DNA of 64,000 bases. It comes from an uncultured Erysipelotrichaceae bacterium (GTDB taxonomy: Bacteria; Bacillota_I; Bacilli_A; RFN20; CAG-826). The stretch lies in the NCBI GenBank assembly GCA_900316365.1, contig ONCO01000002.1, forward strand, positions 9,431-73,430, written 5' to 3'. The position numbers and the translations under genes are program-made. Shown here piece by piece: positions 9,601 through 19,892 of the stretch. Under the pieces are notes generated by a model. The model searched no databases and was not told where the DNA came from. It was given only the letters and a program-made list of their open reading frames with translations. The number at the start of each line of letters is the position of its first letter. The first letter of the stretch is position 1.

Positions 9601-10803
9601 GTGAGCACACTTATTTATCAAAGCCAAAGGCGGGGCTGCGGTTACGCCTCGGTGAAAATGATGCTGTGGCATTATTCCAAAAGGAAAAAGTACCGTTACC
9701 TCGATGAGCCTAATTGCTTCGACAAGGCGCCATCTCTTTCCGAGTTGATCCGTTACGCTAGCCAACATGGCCTTAAGCTTCGCGCGTATCAATATAAGAA
9801 TTGCTGCGATATTAAGAATAATAAGGTTTATCCGATCTTGGTCCTCCTTAAAGAGGATGGCTTAAGCCACCTTGCCTATTTAGAAAGGCGGGTAGGGCAT
9901 CGTTTCATCTTGCTTGATCCAGCAAGAGGCAAAAGAAGTATCAGAGACCTCGAATTCTATAACATCTTCACCGGCGTATTCCTCCAGAAAGAGGAGTTTC
10001 ATCTAAAAGATGAGGAGATAAAGATCCCTGCTTATCAAAGGAAAGGCGGCAGGGTATTCACCTGCTTATTGTCCGCCTGTTCTTTGGCGTGCCTATTCGC
10101 CTCCTTTTATTTCATCGACGAGACGAGTCAGTATTGGCTCCCGATAAGCTTATTCGCAGGCTTCTGCCTCTTCGTGGTCTTAGAACGTATCCATTTATCC
10201 AGGTCGATGAAAAGATTCGACCGCACCTATATTTCTAGCCTCTCAGTGATGCCTTATGCATCAAGGAGGGAGGCCTATTACCATTACGTTGCTTTTAAAG
10301 CCGGGATATTCTCCAGGGCGCCCTCCCTAGTTTCAGGCGCATTGGAGATCGCGGCTTTAGGGATCCTTTTCTGGTCGAATGAAGAGTGGATGGGGCGTGC
10401 CATCCTGTCCCTCTTCATTCTCTTGTTGTTATCCGAGGCCATTTTCGGCCCTTGGTTTCGTAAAAAGAGCAAGCAAGTCGAGGAGAGCGAGGACGCTTTT
10501 CTCGGCGGCTATACGTACGAAAAGGATGACCGCCGGCTGATGCGCGATTTACTCCGAGGCAGCTATCAGCTGGCGGACTTCCAAATCATGCGAGGCTATG
10601 CCTTCTTTGCAGTGGAGCTTCTGCTTGCTTTAGGCGTCACCTTCTTAAGTGGTGGAATAACACTTAATGCCTTCTTTTTGTGGTTTATGTCCTTATGGTT
10701 CTTGGGCGATGAATTCCAAAAATGCCTGAAGACCATCCTTGGAAAGGATGATTTTCTCAAAGAAGAAGCGTATTTCCTCTCTCATTTCTCGTGTAGTGCC
10801 TAA
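9601..10803 (+). CDS. peptidase C39-like domain fused to a ~6-helix membrane domain, with no ABC ATPase domain
   Basis: N-terminus YQSQRRGCGYASVKMML (Gln/Cys), SHLAYL...HRFILLDPARG (His/Asp). About six hydrophobic helices follow. The ORF ends 26 nt before ybeY. GTG start, no SD. Confidence 0.65.
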   Translation: MSTLIYQSQRRGCGYASVKMMLWHYSKRKKYRYLDEPNCFDKAPSLSELIRYASQHGLKLRAYQYKNCCDIKNNKVYPILVLLKEDGLSHLAYLERRVGHRFILLDPARGKRSIRDLEFYNIFTGVFLQKEEFHLKDEEIKIPAYQRKGGRVFTCLLSACSLACLFASFYFIDETSQYWLPISLFAGFCLFVVLERIHLSRSMKRFDRTYISSLSVMPYASRREAYYHYVAFKAGIFSRAPSLVSGALEIAALGILFWSNEEWMGRAILSLFILLLLSEAIFGPWFRKKSKQVEESEDAFLGGYTYEKDDRRLMRDLLRGSYQLADFQIMRGYAFFAVELLLALGVTFLSGGITLNAFFLWFMSLWFLGDEFQKCLKTILGKDDFLKEEAYFLSHFSCSA

Positions 10804-10828
10804 GTCCATGTGGTAGAGTATTCCATAT

Positions 10829-11305
10829 ATGGAATTAGAATTCGAAAACCAGTTAGAAGAAGATTTTTCTTCCCTAGAAGAAAGATATCGCCACATCATG
10901 GAGACCGCCTTCTCCATGTTGGACGTGAAGATTAATTACGAAGTGGACGTCTCCTTAGTGGATGATGAGACCATTCACCAGATAAATCGCGATTATCGCG
11001 GCGTCGATCGCATCACCGACGTCATCAGCTTTGCCTTTAATGACGACAAGAACCCAATGGACCAGATCAACGATCCTGAAGTCCCTCACATGCTGGGCGA
11101 GATTTTCATTTGCGTCGCCCAGGCGAAGCGCCAGGCAGCGGAAATCGGCAACACCGATTTAAGAGAGCTCCGTTTCTTATTCACTCACGGCCTCTTGCAC
11201 CTACTTGGCTATGACCACATGAAGAAAGAAGACGAGGAAATTATGTTCCCGCTTCAGGAAAAAATACTTCTCGAGGAGGAAAAGACATGGACAAAGAACA
11301 ATTAA
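10829..11305 (+). CDS. ybeY: rRNA maturation endoribonuclease YbeY
   Basis: Zinc motif HGLLHLLGYDH. Positioned upstream of cdd-era. Confidence 0.92.
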   Translation: MELEFENQLEEDFSSLEERYRHIMETAFSMLDVKINYEVDVSLVDDETIHQINRDYRGVDRITDVISFAFNDDKNPMDQINDPEVPHMLGEIFICVAQAKRQAAEIGNTDLRELRFLFTHGLLHLLGYDHMKKEDEEIMFPLQEKILLEEEKTWTKNN

Positions 11306-11685
11306 TGTCCCTTGCTATTGAGGCCAGAGACCTCTCCTATTCGCCGTATTCCCATTTTGCAGTAGGGGCGGCCCTTTTATGCACCGATGGCACGGTTTAC
11401 GTTGGCGCGAATATCGAGAATAGCTCCTATCCTCTTTGCATGTGCGCCGAGAGAAACGCCATCTATAACGCGATGATGCATGGAAAAACCACCGATGATT
11501 TCGCCGCTTTAGCGGTCGTTGCCGATACTGATGGCCCATGCACCCCATGCGGAGCCTGCCGTCAGGTATTCGCCGAACTTTTCGCGGAAGATATGCCAAT
11601 CTATATGGGCAACCTCGAAGGTGAAATCCAAGAGACCAACACCAAAGAGCTTGTGCCATTCGCCTTTACCGGAGATGCCTTATGA
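11287..11685 (+). CDS. cdd: cytidine deaminase
   Basis: Motifs CAERNAI and PCGACRQ. Strong SD gaggagg. Confidence 0.92.
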   Translation: MDKEQLMSLAIEARDLSYSPYSHFAVGAALLCTDGTVYVGANIENSSYPLCMCAERNAIYNAMMHGKTTDDFAALAVVADTDGPCTPCGACRQVFAELFAEDMPIYMGNLEGEIQETNTKELVPFAFTGDAL

Positions 11686-12563
11686 AAGTAGGTTTTGTCG
11701 CTATTTTAGGCCGTCCAAACGCCGGCAAGAGCACTTTGCTTAATGCTCTTCTTAGCAAGAAGGTCTCCATCGTCTCCCATCGCGCCCAGACTACCCGCGA
11801 TGATATCTCTGGCATTCTCAACGAAAAGGATTTCCAGATTGTTTTCGTCGATACCCCGGGGATCTACATGGGCCCAGAAGCCCTCGATAAGCATATGAGA
11901 AACGCCGCCTTTGGCTCTTCTAGGGACGCCGAAGCGGTTGTTTACCTCATCGACTGCGGCGAGAAGGATATGGAACGTGATATCACCATCCTTAAGGCCT
12001 TAAATGTCACTTGCCCGGTCTTCTTAGTCCTTAACAAGATTGATACCGTCAAGCCAGAACAGGCGATGGCGGCTAAAGAATTACTCGGAAAAGAATTCCC
12101 GGATTACCAGATCATAGAAGCGTCTTTAATCCGTAATTTCGGCTTAAAGCAGATCAAGGAAGCGGTCATCCCAACCCTTAAGGAAGGCGAGCCTTTTTAT
12201 CCAGACGACATGATCACCGACAAAGACCCGGCCTACCAGGCTAAGGAAGTCATCCGCCAGGAATTGCTCCATTTCTTAAAACAAGAAATCCCGCATCAAT
12301 CCGCGGTTAAGATTGATTCTTTCGAAAAAATCGACGGCGGCTTCAAAATCGAGGCCACCATCGCCCTTGAGAAAGAGAACCATAAACCAATCGTCATCGG
12401 CAAAGGCGGACAGATGATTAAGAAGATCTCCATGTCGGCCCGTCATGAATTAGAGAGAATGTGGCATCAGCACATCACCAATCTCTCCATTAACGTCGAA
12501 GTCTTCCCGAATTGGCGTAACGATCCGAAGCTTTTAGCCGAATTCGGTTACGGCAATGAATAA
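11682..12563 (+). CDS. era: GTPase Era
   Basis: G motifs GRPNAGKST, DTPG, NKID. C-terminal KH domain (VIGKGGQMIKKI). Confidence 0.96.
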   Translation: MKVGFVAILGRPNAGKSTLLNALLSKKVSIVSHRAQTTRDDISGILNEKDFQIVFVDTPGIYMGPEALDKHMRNAAFGSSRDAEAVVYLIDCGEKDMERDITILKALNVTCPVFLVLNKIDTVKPEQAMAAKELLGKEFPDYQIIEASLIRNFGLKQIKEAVIPTLKEGEPFYPDDMITDKDPAYQAKEVIRQELLHFLKQEIPHQSAVKIDSFEKIDGGFKIEATIALEKENHKPIVIGKGGQMIKKISMSARHELERMWHQHITNLSINVEVFPNWRNDPKLLAEFGYGNE

Positions 12564-13290
12564 GGCAAAAATAACTAAAACCGCAATTTCGATTAAGTTA
12601 GCGCCGACCAAAGAAAGCGACGCTATGGTCACCGCATTAGGCCCCGAGGGCATGTTTTCCTTCTTCGCTAGGGGAGTTGGCAAGCTTACGTCCAAAAACG
12701 CCGCAGCGGTGCAGCCTTTGACTTACGCCAAGTACACATTAACTGAGTCTAGCAATGGCTCTTTAACCCTCAATGAGTCTGAGCCGATTTTTAGTGGCAT
12801 ATCATCTAATCCAGATATTGCCAAAATGGCATCGCTATCTTTAATCCAAGAGACAACGGCTAAGTTGGTCACGGAAGACGAAAGCAAAGACGATTATCCT
12901 TGGCTTTTAGCCGCTTTAAAGGCGATAAAGGACGGCTTTGACCCTTTGACTGCATCTTTGATCTATTTCGCTCAGATTCTTAAGAATGGTGGCGTTGGTC
13001 TTAATGTCGATTCCTGCGTCGTCTGTGGCAAGAAAGAGAACATCGTAGCTATTTCCTATCAAGAGGGCGGATTCCTCTGCGGAGATGATTTCTTGCCGGG
13101 AATAGGGGAGGCCTGCGGAAAGAGAAAACTTCAGGTCCTGCGTTATATTTTCAGGCTCCCGATCGAGAGTTTTACTAAAGTAACATTCGAAAAAGACGAG
13201 ACCATTCTGCTTTTAGAAGATCTCGCCCGTTACATTGATTCGTTTAATAACGTGAAGCTTAATTCCTTATCTTTGATAAGAGTTCTCTAA
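12556..13290 (+). CDS. recO: DNA repair protein RecO
   Basis: Follows era as in the conserved era-recO arrangement. CVVCG...LCGDD zinc motif. About 244 aa. Confidence 0.8.
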   Translation: MNKAKITKTAISIKLAPTKESDAMVTALGPEGMFSFFARGVGKLTSKNAAAVQPLTYAKYTLTESSNGSLTLNESEPIFSGISSNPDIAKMASLSLIQETTAKLVTEDESKDDYPWLLAALKAIKDGFDPLTASLIYFAQILKNGGVGLNVDSCVVCGKKENIVAISYQEGGFLCGDDFLPGIGEACGKRKLQVLRYIFRLPIESFTKVTFEKDETILLLEDLARYIDSFNNVKLNSLSLIRVL

Positions 13291-13345
13291 TGTCTTCTTG
13301 CGAGAAGATTTACGTGTTGTCAAGAAAAGATACCCTTAAAGTGGG

Positions 13346-13374
13346 TTGACGCTATATTCCAGTATTCGTACAAT
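13346..13374 (+). promoter_or_regulatory. candidate sigma-A promoter of glyQS
   Basis: TTGACG, 17-nt spacer, TACAAT. The leader contains a short hairpin gcttcct-aaa-aggaagc plus cttatttt. Confidence 0.55.
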
Positions 13375-13427
13375 ACTCGTTGACATGCTTCCTAAAAGGA
13401 AGCCTTATTTTCATGTAAAGGAAGAAT

Positions 13428-14807
13428 ATGGCAAACAAAGCTAGCTTTGAAAAGATCACTACCCATCTTCAGCAAACCGGGTATGTATATCAGGGTTCCG
13501 AAATCTATAACGGTCTCTCCAACACTTGGGACTACGGTCCTTTAGGCGCGGAAATCAAACGCAACGTCCGCGATATGTGGTGGAAGCGTTTCGTCCAGGA
13601 ATCACCAACCAATGTCGGTATTGATGCGGCTATTCTCATGAACCCACGCGTTTGGGAAGCCACCGGTCACGTCACCACCTTCAACGATCCAATGATCGAC
13701 TGCAAGGCCTGCAAAGCCAGACATAGAGCCGACAATCTCATCAAGGGACAGTATCCAGACGTCGATGTCGATGCGATGAGCTTCGAGGACATGGACCAAT
13801 TCATCAAGACCCACGACCTCAAGTGCCCAGTCTGCGGCAAGTCCGAATTTACCCCAATCCGTAAATTCAACATGATGTTTAAGACCCACATCGGTGTAAC
13901 CGATGACTCTTCTTCCGTCGTCTATCTCCGTCCAGAGACCGCTCAGGGCGTCTTCGTTAACTTCAAGAACGTCCAGAGAACCATGCGCCGCAAGGTTCCA
14001 TTCGGTATCTGCAACGCCGGTAAGAGCTTCCGTAACGAAATCACCCCGGGCAACTTCACCTTCCGTACCCGTGAATTCGAACAGCTCGAAATGGAATTCT
14101 TCTGCAAGCCGGGAAGCGACCTTGAATGGTTCTCCTATTGGAAAAATTACTGCTTAAAGTTCGTCGAATCCCTCGGTATCAAGGAAGAAAACCTCCGTTA
14201 TCGCGATCACGAGCCAGCTGAGCTCGCCTTCTATTCCAAGGCTACCACCGACGTCGAATATGACTTCCCAACCTTAGGCTGGGGCGAAATCCTCGGCGTC
14301 GCCGATAGAACTGACTATGACCTCAAGCGTCATATGGAATTCTCCAAGCAGGATCTTACCTATTTGGATCCAGAGACCAATGAGCGTTACATCCCATACG
14401 TCATCGAGCCATCCATGGGTCTCGACCGTCTTATCCTTATGACTCTTGTCGACTCCTATGACGAAGAAACCTTAGAAGGAGGGGACACCCGTGTCGTCAT
14501 GCACCTTTTACCGGCTCTTGCCCCATATAAGGTCGCTGTCCTTCCGCTTTCTAAGAAACTCGCCGACAAGGCTGGCGAAGTCCTTGCCAAGCTCGACAAA
14601 CATTTCAGCTGCGTCTATGACGAGACCGGCTCCATCGGTAAGCGTTATCGCCGTCAGGATGAGATCGGCACCCCATACTGCGTCACCGTCGACTTCGACA
14701 CCGAGAACGATGCTTCCGTCACCATCCGTGAGCGTGACAGCATGCAGCAAATTCGTATGCCAATTGACGATCTCGTCAAATACTTCGAAGAGAAGTGCTT
14801 CTATTAA
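13428..14807 (+). CDS. glyQS: glycine--tRNA ligase (homodimeric class II GlyQS type)
   Basis: 459-aa class II aaRS with typical GlyRS N-terminus (...[23 protein letters not shown]...) and C-terminal anticodon-binding domain. Confidence 0.95.
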   Translation: MANKASFEKITTHLQQTGYVYQGSEIYNGLSNTWDYGPLGAEIKRNVRDMWWKRFVQESPTNVGIDAAILMNPRVWEATGHVTTFNDPMIDCKACKARHRADNLIKGQYPDVDVDAMSFEDMDQFIKTHDLKCPVCGKSEFTPIRKFNMMFKTHIGVTDDSSSVVYLRPETAQGVFVNFKNVQRTMRRKVPFGICNAGKSFRNEITPGNFTFRTREFEQLEMEFFCKPGSDLEWFSYWKNYCLKFVESLGIKEENLRYRDHEPAELAFYSKATTDVEYDFPTLGWGEILGVADRTDYDLKRHMEFSKQDLTYLDPETNERYIPYVIEPSMGLDRLILMTLVDSYDEETLEGGDTRVVMHLLPALAPYKVAVLPLSKKLADKAGEVLAKLDKHFSCVYDETGSIGKRYRRQDEIGTPYCVTVDFDTENDASVTIRERDSMQQIRMPIDDLVKYFEEKCFY

Positions 14808-14818
14808 TTTGGTAAATC

Positions 14819-14839
14819 CATAGTAGAAAATTAGTAGTT
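14819..14839 (+). repeat. AATTAGTAGTT motif (perfect copy 14829-14839, partial copy upstream) after the glyQS stop
   Basis: catagtagaaAATTAGTAGTT, reading on the coding strand of glyQS. Confidence 0.8.
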
Positions 14840-14840
14840 A

Positions 14841-14857
14841 TATATACTTTGTATATA
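14841..14857. repeat. palindrome TATATAC-ttt-GTATATA upstream of dnaG; shares the 15-mer ATATACTTTGTATAT with 46457-46471
   Basis: Perfect 7-bp inverted repeat with a 3-nt spacer. An identical 15-mer occurs at the aspS/tkt spacer. Confidence 0.8.
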
Positions 14858-14870
14858 AAAGGAGGTAAGC

Positions 14871-16718
14871 GTGTATAGCCCTGACTTAATTGATGCTGTC
14901 TTAAAACATGCTGACATAGTGCAGGTTATTTCCGCATACATCCCCGTCATTAAAAAAGGCAGAAGCTATGTTGCCGTATGCCCATTCCACGATGACACCA
15001 ACCCGTCCATGAACATCTCGCAGGAGAAGCAAATCTTCAAATGCTTCGTCTGCGGGACTGGCGGCAACGCCATATCCTTCGTCGAGAAGTATGAGAAGAT
15101 CAGATTCGACGAAGCCGTCAGGAAAGTCGCCGAAATCACGGGTTTCCATGACGAAAGACTCGAGAAAGAGGCCTATAAGGAGAAGAAGGACCCGACCTTA
15201 GCCCCATTAACGGCCTGCATCGACGATCTCCAGAAGTATTACGCGTATAGCTTGCAGGTACCTGAGAGCGAAAAAGCGCGCGAATACCTTAAAAAGAGGA
15301 ACATTCCCGAAGACCAAATCATCAAACATGGCGTCGGTTATGCTCCGCTTGATGGCAAAAACACCATCAACTTCCTTCAGGCCAAGGGACATTCCCTAAA
15401 GAGCATCGAAGGAATCGGCATCGCCTTGGCCCGTTCCGACGGTTCCACAAGCGACCATAATGCCGGACGCGTCGTCTTCCCTCTCCATGACCCAAACGGT
15501 CAGGTTGTCGGCTTCTCCGCTCGACAGTTAGAGAAGGATGGCACCAGCAAATACATCAACTCTCCGGATGGCCCTTTGTTTCACAAAGGAAAAATCCTCT
15601 ATAACTACCATAACGTTAAGATTTCTGCTCGAAAGGATGGCTATTGCTACTTAGTAGAGGGTTTCATGGACGTCATGGCGTTAGAGAAGGCTGGCCTACC
15701 TAATGCGGTGGCCATCATGGGAACGAGTCTCACGAATGACCAACTCTCCTTGTTAAGGAGACTCAATTGCGAGATTCGCTTCTGCCTTGACGGTGACGCC
15801 CCGGGACAAAGCGCGATGATGAAAAACCTCGCCCAGTTCCAGAAAGCGGCCATTCCGTTCCGAATAGTCTCCAACCCAGGGGATTTAAGGGACCCGGACG
15901 AAATCCTGCAGCAAGACGGCCCAGAACGCTTAAAAGCGATGATGGAGCATCTCGTCGACGCTTACGATTTCCAGATCAATTACTACACCAACACCAAAAA
16001 GCTCGAAACGGCTGAGGATAAACGCAAAGTAATGCTTTACTTCCTCCCGTTCCTCAGGAGCGTTCCTGCTGGATTAGAGAGGGACAACTATGTTGTCAAA
16101 CTCTCCAAGGCCACAGGCTATGAAGTCGAAGCCATCTACCGTGGCATGGGCAAGGTAGAACCTGGCGAATTGACTCAGGAAGAGACGATCCTTCAGGAAA
16201 GAAAAATCAGCGAGCTGCTCGAGCCAAACCTCCAAAAAAGGGAATTGGTCAGGCTCCGATGGGCCGAAAGAGAAGTTCTCCATCACATGCTTACTAACAT
16301 TGGGGCGGTGGAGTTCTACGAAAAGGAAATCGAGCATTTCTACAATCCGACTTACGAAGAGATAGCCAACTACGTAATCGAATATGCGAAGGACCATGAC
16401 AATCAGATCGATGTAAGCACATTGGTTGGACATGTAGCCGCACAAGGGCCCGATGACGCCGAAGATTTGCAAAGCACAATCATCGCCATCGCCCTCGACA
16501 ACTGGTGGCCGCCATATGACGACCATGAAATGGAAAGCTGCTTAGCGGCAATCCAAGAACAAAAGAGCGCAATCTACGACAAAGCCACGATCGAAAGGTC
16601 GATGAATGGCAAAAGCGGTGGGGAGAAAGCCCGACTCATCGCAGATTACGCCAAAAGACGTAAACAAGCCCTAGAAGACAAAAAGAAGAGAAAAACAGGA
16701 GGAGACAACAATGCCTAA
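14871..16718 (+). CDS. dnaG: DNA primase
   Basis: Zinc finger [10 protein letters not shown]...CFVCG, TOPRIM EGFMDV...DGDAPG. GTG start with SD aaaggagg. Confidence 0.95.
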   Translation: MYSPDLIDAVLKHADIVQVISAYIPVIKKGRSYVAVCPFHDDTNPSMNISQEKQIFKCFVCGTGGNAISFVEKYEKIRFDEAVRKVAEITGFHDERLEKEAYKEKKDPTLAPLTACIDDLQKYYAYSLQVPESEKAREYLKKRNIPEDQIIKHGVGYAPLDGKNTINFLQAKGHSLKSIEGIGIALARSDGSTSDHNAGRVVFPLHDPNGQVVGFSARQLEKDGTSKYINSPDGPLFHKGKILYNYHNVKISARKDGYCYLVEGFMDVMALEKAGLPNAVAIMGTSLTNDQLSLLRRLNCEIRFCLDGDAPGQSAMMKNLAQFQKAAIPFRIVSNPGDLRDPDEILQQDGPERLKAMMEHLVDAYDFQINYYTNTKKLETAEDKRKVMLYFLPFLRSVPAGLERDNYVVKLSKATGYEVEAIYRGMGKVEPGELTQEETILQERKISELLEPNLQKRELVRLRWAEREVLHHMLTNIGAVEFYEKEIEHFYNPTYEEIANYVIEYAKDHDNQIDVSTLVGHVAAQGPDDAEDLQSTIIAIALDNWWPPYDDHEMESCLAAIQEQKSAIYDKATIERSMNGKSGGEKARLIADYAKRRKQALEDKKKRKTGGDNNA

Positions 16719-18168
16719 AGAAAAGAAAGCCGCCAAAGAAGAACTCGACGAATCCGTCGAAGAAGTCAACGACGTTGTCATCGATGATGATGACGGCGCG
16801 GAAAACTTCGAATCCGTCAAAGCCAAACTCTTAAAGAACGCGAAAGCCAAAGGCTCCGTTGACATGGAAGATGTCATGGAAGAGCTCGAAAAGTTCGATT
16901 ACACCGACGATGATTTAACTTCCTTAATCGAAAGTTTCCAGAAAGCCGGTGTCGAAGTCATCAACGCCGAAGCTGACGATGCTGACTTAGAAGAAGGGGA
17001 TGGCCCAAACGAAGCCGACCTCGAAAACGCCGAGAAAGAAGACGAATTAGACGATGATGACGATGAAGCCTTCTCCGCCGAGAAGGAAGAAGTCGCCTCC
17101 ATCGAAGATATCTCCAAGATCCCGACCGGCGAAGTCAAAGTCAACGACTCCGTTAAGATGTATCTTAAGGAGATTGGCAAAGTTAACCTCCTTAACGCCC
17201 AGCAGGAAACCGAATTGGCCAAGAGAATCGCCGAAGGCGACAAAGCTCGTGAGACCATCAAGGCCAAATATGCCGAATATCAGGAGAATGGCGGAACCGA
17301 TTCCTACGATGATTGGTATCGCTTAATCCTCCCAGTCCGCAAAGACGGCGATCCAGCTAAGAGAGAGCTTTGGGTTCTTAAGAACGCCGCCGAAGACGGC
17401 CATGAAGCCAAAGATCAGCTCATCAACGCCAACCTCCGTCTCGTTATTTCCATCGCGAAACACTATGTCGGTCGCGGCATGCACTTCCTCGATTTGATCC
17501 AGGAAGGCAACATGGGCCTTATCAAAGCGGTCGAAAAGTTCGACTACACCAAAGGTTTCAAATTCTCTACCTACGCCACTTGGTGGATCCGTCAGGCCAT
17601 CACCCGCGCCATCGCTGACCAGGCCAGAACCATCCGTATCCCGGTCCACATGGTCGAAACTATCAACAAGATGACCCGCGTCCAGCGTCAGTTAATCCAG
17701 GAGCTTGGCCGCGATCCAACCGCCGAGGAAATCTCCGAGAAGATGGACGGCGCCTTATCCCCAGAAAGAATCCGCGAGATTCAGCGTATCGCCCTCGAAC
17801 CAGTCTCCCTCGAAACCCCAATCGGTGAGGAAGACGATTCCCATCTTGGCGACTTTATCGAAGATAAAGAAATTCCATCCCCAGAGGAATACACCACCAA
17901 ATCCCTCTTAAAGGATGAGCTTTACGAAATCATGAAGGACCTCACCGATCGTGAGGAGCGCGTCTTACGTCTCCGCTACGGCCTTGACGACAACCGCCCA
18001 CGCACCCTCGAAGAGGTTGGCCGTGAATTCGGCGTCACTCGTGAGCGTATCCGTCAGATCGAAGCCAAGGCCATCCGTAAGCTTCGCCACCCGACCAGAG
18101 CCAAGAAGCTTGGTGACTACAAAGACAATATCTACACCAACTCTTACGACGGTCACGATCACAACTAA
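16711..18168 (+). CDS. rpoD: RNA polymerase primary sigma factor with long acidic N-terminal region
   Basis: Region 2 [27 protein letters not shown]. Region 4.2 [23 protein letters not shown]. Follows dnaG. Confidence 0.97.
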   Translation: MPKEKKAAKEELDESVEEVNDVVIDDDDGAENFESVKAKLLKNAKAKGSVDMEDVMEELEKFDYTDDDLTSLIESFQKAGVEVINAEADDADLEEGDGPNEADLENAEKEDELDDDDDEAFSAEKEEVASIEDISKIPTGEVKVNDSVKMYLKEIGKVNLLNAQQETELAKRIAEGDKARETIKAKYAEYQENGGTDSYDDWYRLILPVRKDGDPAKRELWVLKNAAEDGHEAKDQLINANLRLVISIAKHYVGRGMHFLDLIQEGNMGLIKAVEKFDYTKGFKFSTYATWWIRQAITRAIADQARTIRIPVHMVETINKMTRVQRQLIQELGRDPTAEEISEKMDGALSPERIREIQRIALEPVSLETPIGEEDDSHLGDFIEDKEIPSPEEYTTKSLLKDELYEIMKDLTDREERVLRLRYGLDDNRPRTLEEVGREFGVTRERIRQIEAKAIRKLRHPTRAKKLGDYKDNIYTNSYDGHDHN

Positions 18169-18180
18169 TTAGTAAAAGTA

Positions 18181-18217
18181 GGGGCAGGGCCTGGTTTCGG
18201 GACTGCCCTTATTGTTT
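18181..18217 (+). terminator. rho-independent terminator after rpoD
   Basis: ggggcag...ctgccc stem followed by ttattgttt. Confidence 0.6.
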
Positions 18218-18241
18218 CTGGAAGAGAAGGTAAAACGCACA

Positions 18242-18919
18242 ATGACCAAATTATCCGCTAGATTGGCCTCTGTGGCGCGAATGGTGCCGGGGGACGCATA
18301 TCTTGCCGACGTAGGCAGCGATCACGCTTATTTGCCCATTTCTTTGATTGAGAAGGGCAAGATTTCTTATGCGCAGGCCATCGATAACAAGATGGCGCCT
18401 TTTCTTCGCATGAAAAGAAACGTCGAGGATAGTGGACTTTCCGCCCATATAGCCTGCTCTTTCAGCAGTGGTCTCGATGAACTTCAGCCGGACGTCGATA
18501 CTTTGGCTATATGTGGCGTCGGTGGTCTCCTTACCTGCGAAATCCTTGAGAAACATCAGGAAAAGCTCGACCAAATCAAGACCATCATCCTGGACCCACA
18601 TCGCGATTTGCAGGCCGTGCGTAAGCGCGTAGCTGCCTTGGGCTACCATTTGGTAGATGAGGAAATGCTCTATGAGGGCAAGATCTATTACACCATCATG
18701 AAGTGGGAGAAGGGCGCGCCAGAAAAGCCTTATACCCAGGATGAATTGCTCTTTGGACCGTTTGTTATCGCTAAATTAGGCGAGACTTTTCACGATTATC
18801 TCTTGCAGCAGCAGGAGAAGATCAATGGCATCCTTAATGACTCAGTTCCAGAAGGCAAAAAAGGCCCATATTTGGAGTTATTAACCCAAATTGAGACGCA
18901 ACTCAAAAAGTACAATTAG
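18242..18919 (+). CDS. trmK: tRNA (adenine22-N1)-methyltransferase TrmK-like
   Basis: SAM-methyltransferase-like N-terminus (LADVGSDHAYLPI). Position after rpoD matches Bacillus yqfN/trmK. Start taken at MTKLSARL. Confidence 0.75.
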   Translation: MTKLSARLASVARMVPGDAYLADVGSDHAYLPISLIEKGKISYAQAIDNKMAPFLRMKRNVEDSGLSAHIACSFSSGLDELQPDVDTLAICGVGGLLTCEILEKHQEKLDQIKTIILDPHRDLQAVRKRVAALGYHLVDEEMLYEGKIYYTIMKWEKGAPEKPYTQDELLFGPFVIAKLGETFHDYLLQQQEKINGILNDSVPEGKKGPYLELLTQIETQLKKYN

Positions 18920-18953
18920 TTTTGATTGCGTCTAATCTATTCCTATACTATAA

Positions 18954-18975
18954 AACTACTAATTAAATACTAGAT
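18954..18975 (-). repeat. AATTAGTAGTT motif (perfect copy 18954-18964) plus a degenerate copy containing the ispH TAG stop
   Basis: The plus strand reads AACTACTAATT-AAATACTAGAT. It lies in the 50-nt convergent trmK/ispH spacer, which has no hairpin terminator. Confidence 0.8.
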
Positions 18976-19839
18976 ACTTTTAAGGTAATCTAGGCACTCA
19001 TCGAAGGTATTCTTAGAGGTGGACGCCCCGGAACAAAGGACGATCCGCCTTTCTTTTTCTAGTGGAATGGTCTTTAACTCGTCTAAGCCAAGGACAAGAT
19101 AAGTTGTCCTGCCTTCCTCGACGCCGATCTCATAGAGTTTCCTGGTGTTGTTGCTGGTTTTAGAGCCTAAGACGATAACGGTTCCGCCTTCTCTAGCGGC
19201 ATTTCTTAAAGCTTCCTGCCTGTCAGTGGTGCTGCGGCATCTAGATAATCCGGCTTCAGAGCCTGGATAGTTCATAGAGATAAAAGCGTAGGCGTCATCG
19301 AATTCTTTCTTAGAAAGAGTAGTCTGCCCAATGACTAAAGGGGCAATGATATTTTCCTTATACGCCTCGAAGCGGGCCTTGTCGGTATCGTAGAAGCCCG
19401 CGGTCTTGACGTTAGCTAAGAAACCTTCGGCCTCCAAATGGCCTTTCACCCCGACGTAGACGATGTCGCGCTGGTATTTAGAAGAAGCTAAACGCATATT
19501 CGCCGTAACAAATGGGCAGGTGGCATCATAAATGATGAGTTGCTTCTTTTTCGCGATGTCCTCTAAACTTTTCGCGTGTCCATGGGCGGAGAAAATGACA
19601 ACTTCCCCGTCTGGAATACTTGAAATGAGTACATCTAAAGAGGCTTTCTTCTCGTTGAGGATAATAAAACCTCTCTCCTCAAAGAACCTGATCGTGTCCT
19701 CGTTATGGACGATTCCGCCTAAAAGAAAGCAAGTCCTATCGGGGTTTTCTTCCTTTGCTTTGAGCGCGAGCTTAATCGCGTCCATGACGCCTTGGCAATA
19801 GCCATGCGGTTTAACTTCAAACACTTCCATGATCATCAT
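18970..19839 (-). CDS. ispH: 4-hydroxy-3-methylbut-2-enyl diphosphate reductase
   Basis: LytB/IspH family (PHGYCQGV, SAHGH, ATCPFV...). Exact start among MMIM is uncertain. Confidence 0.9.
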   Translation of the reverse strand: MMIMEVFEVKPHGYCQGVMDAIKLALKAKEENPDRTCFLLGGIVHNEDTIRFFEERGFIILNEKKASLDVLISSIPDGEVVIFSAHGHAKSLEDIAKKKQLIIYDATCPFVTANMRLASSKYQRDIVYVGVKGHLEAEGFLANVKTAGFYDTDKARFEAYKENIIAPLVIGQTTLSKKEFDDAYAFISMNYPGSEAGLSRCRSTTDRQEALRNAAREGGTVIVLGSKTSNNTRKLYEIGVEEGRTTYLVLGLDELKTIPLEKERRIVLCSGASTSKNTFDECLDYLKSI

Positions 19840-19877
19840 TTTGACGCGGACAGGATGAAAAGGAAAGGCAAAGCCTT

Positions 19878-19883
19878 TATAAT
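19878..19883 (+). promoter_or_regulatory. TATAAT box 9 nt upstream of the helicase ATG, no SD (near-leaderless candidate)
   Basis: ttTATAATgtcggcattATG. Confidence 0.4.
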
Positions 19884-19892
19884 GTCGGCATT

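Noticed and set aside
13293-13427. Expected T-box riboswitch upstream of glyQS
   Set aside because: The spacer is only about 135 nt. It contains a promoter plus one short hairpin. There is no T-box sequence (AATTAGGGTGGTACCGCG-like) and no specifier-loop architecture.
14841-14857. The palindromes at 14841-14857 and 46456-46472 as dif (Xer) sites
   Set aside because: The sequence does not match the Firmicutes dif consensus (ACTTCCTAGAATATATATTATGTAAACT). There are two copies in the window, whereas dif should be unique.
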